Source: Selaginella moellendorffii (taxonomy: Eukaryota > Plantae > Lycopodiophyta). Taken from it: a DNA stretch of 64,000 bases. The stretch lies in NCBI RefSeq assembly GCF_000143415.4, contig NW_003314382.1:274210-338209 (forward strand), written 5' to 3'. A model generated the notes under the pieces. The model made no database searches, was not told the DNA's origin, and saw only the letters and a program-made list of their open reading frames with translations. Below, piece after piece: positions 59,089 through 64,000 of this stretch (the stretch's first letter is position 1; the number at the start of each line of letters is the position of its first letter). The position numbers and the translations under genes were made by a program.

Positions 59089-60169
59089 TCCATTGTGTAG
59101 ATTAGCTATTCCATGTGAGGCAACTAGTCATCCACCCGTACCACAGTCCCACGGTGGATACCTTCGTCCGTGCTCAAGTCACTGCAAATGTGCTCTCATC
59201 ATTGCTTACAACGTCATACAATAAAGTACACATGCCTTGGAGATTTCTCTATAAAGGCACAGTTAGTATAACATCATAGACTTCCTAGTGGATATCAACT
59301 CCAAGGGAGGAAGAGAAATCATGCTCCCTAACCACAAAGTCTTTCGGAAACGTGAATGCAAGTGATATTGTATCAATCTTAAGTGAAGTGGTCTCATTTG
59401 GTGGCCAAGGTTGCATCTCTACCTCATTTGGATGGGCCTTGTGCTCCACAAGCTTAAGAGCCACTATTTTTACTTGAAAATTTATGTAAATTTTGCATTT
59501 GCTAATAAAGTTGTATAGAATCTTTTGTAAGTAACCAGAGAGAACGACTTGAGAAATAATCTATAGGGTTCAAATATAAAGGGAAAGGGCCCATGAACAA
59601 GAGTGCACCTCTTTTTCCAATCAGTTAAAGGTCTTGGGATAGTTGGGGTTAAGCATCTTTGGGTTTGAATAATACTGGGCTGAGTGACTTCCCGAGAAGT
59701 CCAAATTCAGGAACTTACATCTTTGAGCCATGAAGAACTAGATCTAGCACCTCTAGCTGTGTGAGAATGTGGTGTAAAGTGTCCTTTGGTGTCCCTACAT
59801 GCATGTGCCATAGTGTGATCTACAAAGGTCTTCAATATGGCCTTGGAATACTCCTAGATCTAGAGGCCTACTTGTTGAGTGAGAGTGAAGGAGAGAATGT
59901 TTGTGGCTAAACCAGAGTTAGCAAGAGCTTCCACATTGATACCCACAATCACCACTAGAATTATGAATGCATCAAGATCAAAAGCCATTGTTGTGTTGAA
60001 AATAGAAATGGGAGCCATGTCTGAGGCTGAAGAGGGTGCCACTCTATGAAGGGCTCGCACTGACACCTCAAGCTATTGAAGCAAAGTTGGGAATTGATGA
60101 CAAAAAGTGCAAAGTGTTGTCATGATTGGACTACAATAATTAAAGATCAACTATATACATAATTAGGTC

Positions 60170-60830
60170 TACTTCATCCCACAGATATACATATATAACT
60201 ATTGTTATAAAGAATGAAGACTAATTATACTACATGATGCAAATGTAAATGACAATATTTATTAATAGGCTAAGTAAGAGAAGATAAATTTGAACACATA
60301 TCAACTAATATGTAAAGGATAATAAACAATATTTTTTTTATAAAACCAAGTTTGAAAAGTGAATAGTAGATGAATTATTGCCAAGTGAACTCCTTAATAG
60401 TACTCTTGAAAGAAGGATAAAAGGGTTACTAATTTATTTGTGTAAAGTCCCTCCACTATTATGCAACTTGTTGTTTTCCAAAAGAATCTTAGTATTAAGA
60501 CCTTCCACCACAACAACACTAAGAAGACACTGTTAACACTAAGGACTCCACCTAAGAAATGGAAGATGCCAATTTGAGAAATGCTAACAACATCAATATG
60601 TATAGCTAACCTCAACATAAATATCACTTCTCCACTTATAGTTGTATATGCTTTAGCTCCACTTCTTGTGGGAGATGCTCTTGTTTTGATAGAGATGCTG
60701 CTGTTGCTTGTATTTAAAGATAAGGATGAAGATATGGTCATGGCTATGATATTTAGTACTAAACGTGTATTATTATGTCAATTAAAGAGCATCATTAAGG
60801 GTAGCTAAGGTAAATGCATGCATAAGTCTT
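60170..60830 (-). mobile_element. AT-eroded copy of the gag-protease region of the 33959-37750 gypsy family
   Basis: Collinear with 37080-37745, e.g. AAGGGTTACTAATTTATTTGTGTAAAGTCCCTCC versus AAGGGTCACTAACTTATTTGTGCAAAGTCCCTCC. Confidence 0.85.
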
Positions 60831-61065
60831 ACAAGATCTTGACAAAGTATTGGCCACAACATGCCTAACTTGATTTGCTCTAATATATTTGCCTTTGTAC
60901 AAAGTAAAAGCTTTAAAAGAAAATATAAATTGTATAGCTAACTCAAATGGCCCTTAATAAAGACAATGCAATTACTAGAAGGTATAGTCAAAATGGTTAG
61001 TATGTCTAAATTGTTTAAATGCATGTTTAAAAATGTCTAGAAGAACTCTAATCTGCATTAGTGGT

Positions 61066-61323
<258 letters not shown>

Positions 61324-62267
61324 NNNNNNNNNNNNNNNNNNNNNNNNNNNNNNNNNNNNNNNNNNNNNNNNNNNNNNNNNNNNNNNNNNNNNNNNNNNNN
61401 NNNNNNNNNNNNNNNNNNNNNNNNNNNNNNNNNNNNNNNNNNNNNNNNNNNNNNNNNNNNNNNNNNNNNNNNNNNNNNNNNNNNNNNNNNNNNNNNNNNN
61501 NNNNNNNNNNNNNNNNNNNNNNNNNNNNNNNNNNNNNNNNNNNNNNNNNNNNNNNNNNNNNNNNNNNNNNNNNNNNNNNNNNNNNNNNNNNNNNNNNNNN
61601 NNNNNNNNNNNNNNNNNNNNNNNNNNNNNNNNNNNNNNNNNNNNNNNNNNNNNNNNNNNNNNNNNNNNNNNNNNNNNNNNNNNNNNNNNNNNNNNNNNNN
61701 NNNNNNNNNNNNNNNNNNNNNNNNNNNNNNNNNNNNNNNNNNNNNNNNNNNNNNNNNNNNNNNNNNNNNNNNNNNNNNNNNNNNNNNNNNNNNNNNNNNN
61801 NNNNNNNNNNNNNNNNNNNNNNNNNNNNNNNNNNNNNNNNNNNNNNNNNNNNNNNNNNNNNNNNNNNNNNNNNNNNNNNNNNNNNNNNNNNNNNNNNNNN
61901 NNNNNNNNNNNNNNNNNNNNNNNNNNNNNNNNNNNNNNNNNNNNNNNNNNNNNNNNNNNNNNNNNNNNNNNNNNNNNNNNNNNNNNNNNNNNNNNNNNNN
62001 NNNNNNNNNNNNNNNNNNNNNNNNNNNNNNNNNNNNNNNNNNNNNNNNNNNNNNNNNNNNNNNNNNNNNNNNNNNNNNNNNNNNNNNNNNNNNNNNNNNN
62101 NNNNNNNNNNNNNNNNNNNNNNNNNNNNNNNNNNNNNNNNNNNNNNNNNNNNNNNNNNNNNNNNNNNNNNNNNNNNNNNNNNNNNNNNNNNNNNNNNNNN
62201 NNNNNNNNNNNNNNNNNNNNNNNNNNNNNNNNNNNNNNNNNNNNNNNNNNNNNNNNNNNNNNNNNNN
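61324..62267. other. Assembly gap (N run)
   Basis: 944 N. Confidence 0.99.
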
Positions 62268-62589
62268 GAGGCTATTGATATTGTTCTGTTGGATCAAGCT
62301 TTAAGTACGTAGGAGCAGTGCTCATACTCTATGAAGTACCCATCTTAAATATGTTGTCATCATTTTTGATATAGATGAGGAAATCAATTGTGGGGGAGAT
62401 AGCTATAAAGACAAATTATACATTTAATAAGGAAGGTATAAATCTTTCAATATGCATTTTTTATCCTTTTTCTTTACTTTATATTTATTCCCTAGCTTTT
62501 ACCACCTCTATAGACTTTTAGTGTTTTTTAATCATCCTTCTCTTAGCACATCAATTATTTGTGACTTGTATGATTCTTACTTTTGGTTC

Positions 62590-63925
62590 AGTATTGAGTT
62601 GAGTGTTTTTTGTCCTCATAATAAACTGTATATTAAGCCTATGCATGAAGTATTATTTTATTTTGTTAACAAATTCTTTGATTAGTTCCTGTGTTCCAAG
62701 GGTTAAGTCATTTTTGCTATATTTTAGATTAAATATATTTCCCCAGTTATGAATGCCATTAAAAGTATTTGTATAACTATTGTTATTGAGGAGTGCTTTT
62801 GTTCTCTTAAGAGTTGGAGTTTTCCTTTGATTTTTTTATCTCAAAGAAGTTGTTTTTTACTTATCTAGTTTTGGCTCATGCATTTTATATTAGGATATAT
62901 TTTATTATTTAGCATTTTTGTTTATAGAGTCTTTGCTAACAAGAGGTTCTTTATTATCTAAAATTTGAATATATTTTTATTTTTTTATTTCCTTATTTCC
63001 TCCTTGAAAAATGAATAAAACTCTTCTTTAATACTTCTTTATTCACTCTTTTTTCTTCTATCATGTTTCTTCCTAAATTTTTCTCACTTCTCCTTTTTGT
63101 CTCAATCCTTCAACTTTTTTTCTTTTTTGGAGGGGGGGGGGGGGTAAAAAGGATGGATGGAAGTTTAACCTTAATAATGAATATAGTAGTGGAGCAAGGA
63201 TAAATTACATAAATTGTGAAATGAATTTAGGTATAAAGGGGTTGAATTAAATAGATGTGATATTGAAGTAAGGCTAAACAAAGATGGTAAAGTGAAAATG
63301 AATGTAACAAATCCAAATAAAGTTAATGCTTTAGAAGTATTTTTCTTTGAAGACGGGGCATAAGGAGGATGTAGAGAATAAACAAAGTGAGTTTAATCTC
63401 TTATGGATAGTGTTGGACGAGAAAAAAGGTTGTGAATCTAATCAAAGATGATCTATTGAGGTTTAAATATTGAAAAATATCAATCAATTAAGGCTTTTAA
63501 AGTATTTGTGTTTTTGGGTTTAAATAGTATTGGGCTAGGTGATGTCCCAAGAAGTTCAAATTCAAGAGTTTACAAATGAGAAAATATAAAGGCAAAGGTT
63601 TGGCTATAATGACATTTTATGGATTACAATGGCTTTTAAAGTTTTTTGTTTTAATTCAAAATTATAGATTCAAGGTTAGTTCAAGTATTTAATAGGTATA
63701 TAGAGTTGTAATTTATTCATCAAGATTCTGTAGTCAATTGATGCTTATAGCATGGCATTTTATTCTGTTTTTATCATAGTTATCAATAACTACATTAATG
63801 ATTCCATAGGAGCTATAGTTTTTTTGACAACTATAATCACTCATAAGAAGCTCTAAATGTTTCACCTAATTTATCCATATCATCTTTATATCTTCCAAAG
63901 AGGATAGTGTAAGGTTTATAAATAT
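62590..63925 (+). mobile_element. Second eroded copy of the LTR-element family at 32340-33630
   Basis: Shared blocks TTGAGTGTTTTTTGTCCTC, TGTTCCAAGGGTTA.GTCATTTTTGCTA, ATAAATTGTGAAATGAA, CTATAATCACTCA; both copies end purine tract + TGTAA.GTTTATA. Confidence 0.7.
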
Positions 63926-64000
63926 AAATATAAATATAAATAAATAAATAAAAAAAATAAAAAAAAATATAAAAACACACGCACATACTTTATTTATATA

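Overview
Eukaryotic (land-plant) genomic DNA. It is most consistent with the lycophyte Selaginella; this is an inference from the very short ~50-70 nt introns, intergenic gaps often under 300 bp, an intact flagellar IFT54 gene and several intronless PLS-class PPR genes. The left ~25.7 kb is an extremely compact gene block: DPH3, IFT54/TRAF3IP1, an intronless alpha/beta-hydrolase lacking both catalytic Ser and His, an EMB8/ABHD-type hydrolase, two PPRs, EEF1AKMT1/N6AMT2, a group-D MAPKK, an SMP-C2 protein, an S40/DUF584 gene, POLD2, an FLZ gene, an nsLTP and a probable orphan two-exon gene. From ~26 to 41.6 kb lie pseudogenes (PBS1/PBL-type RLCK, duplicated NIF/TIM50-like, trihelix), an eroded LTR element and a decayed Ty3/gypsy. 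A second gene island at 41.7-48.1 kb holds a PPR, a U-box/ARM ligase and a ZIFL transporter. From 48.6 to 64 kb is nested, AT-eroded retroelement DNA with a chromovirus, a perfect 40-bp hairpin, microsatellites and an assembly gap (61324-62267). Best leads: the non-canonical bacterial-looking hydrolase, a triple P1BS cluster upstream of the SMP-C2 gene, the perfect hairpin, the ABRE/DRE-driven orphan gene and a fossil antisense ORF in an LTR family. All calls come from reading the sequence; no searches were run.
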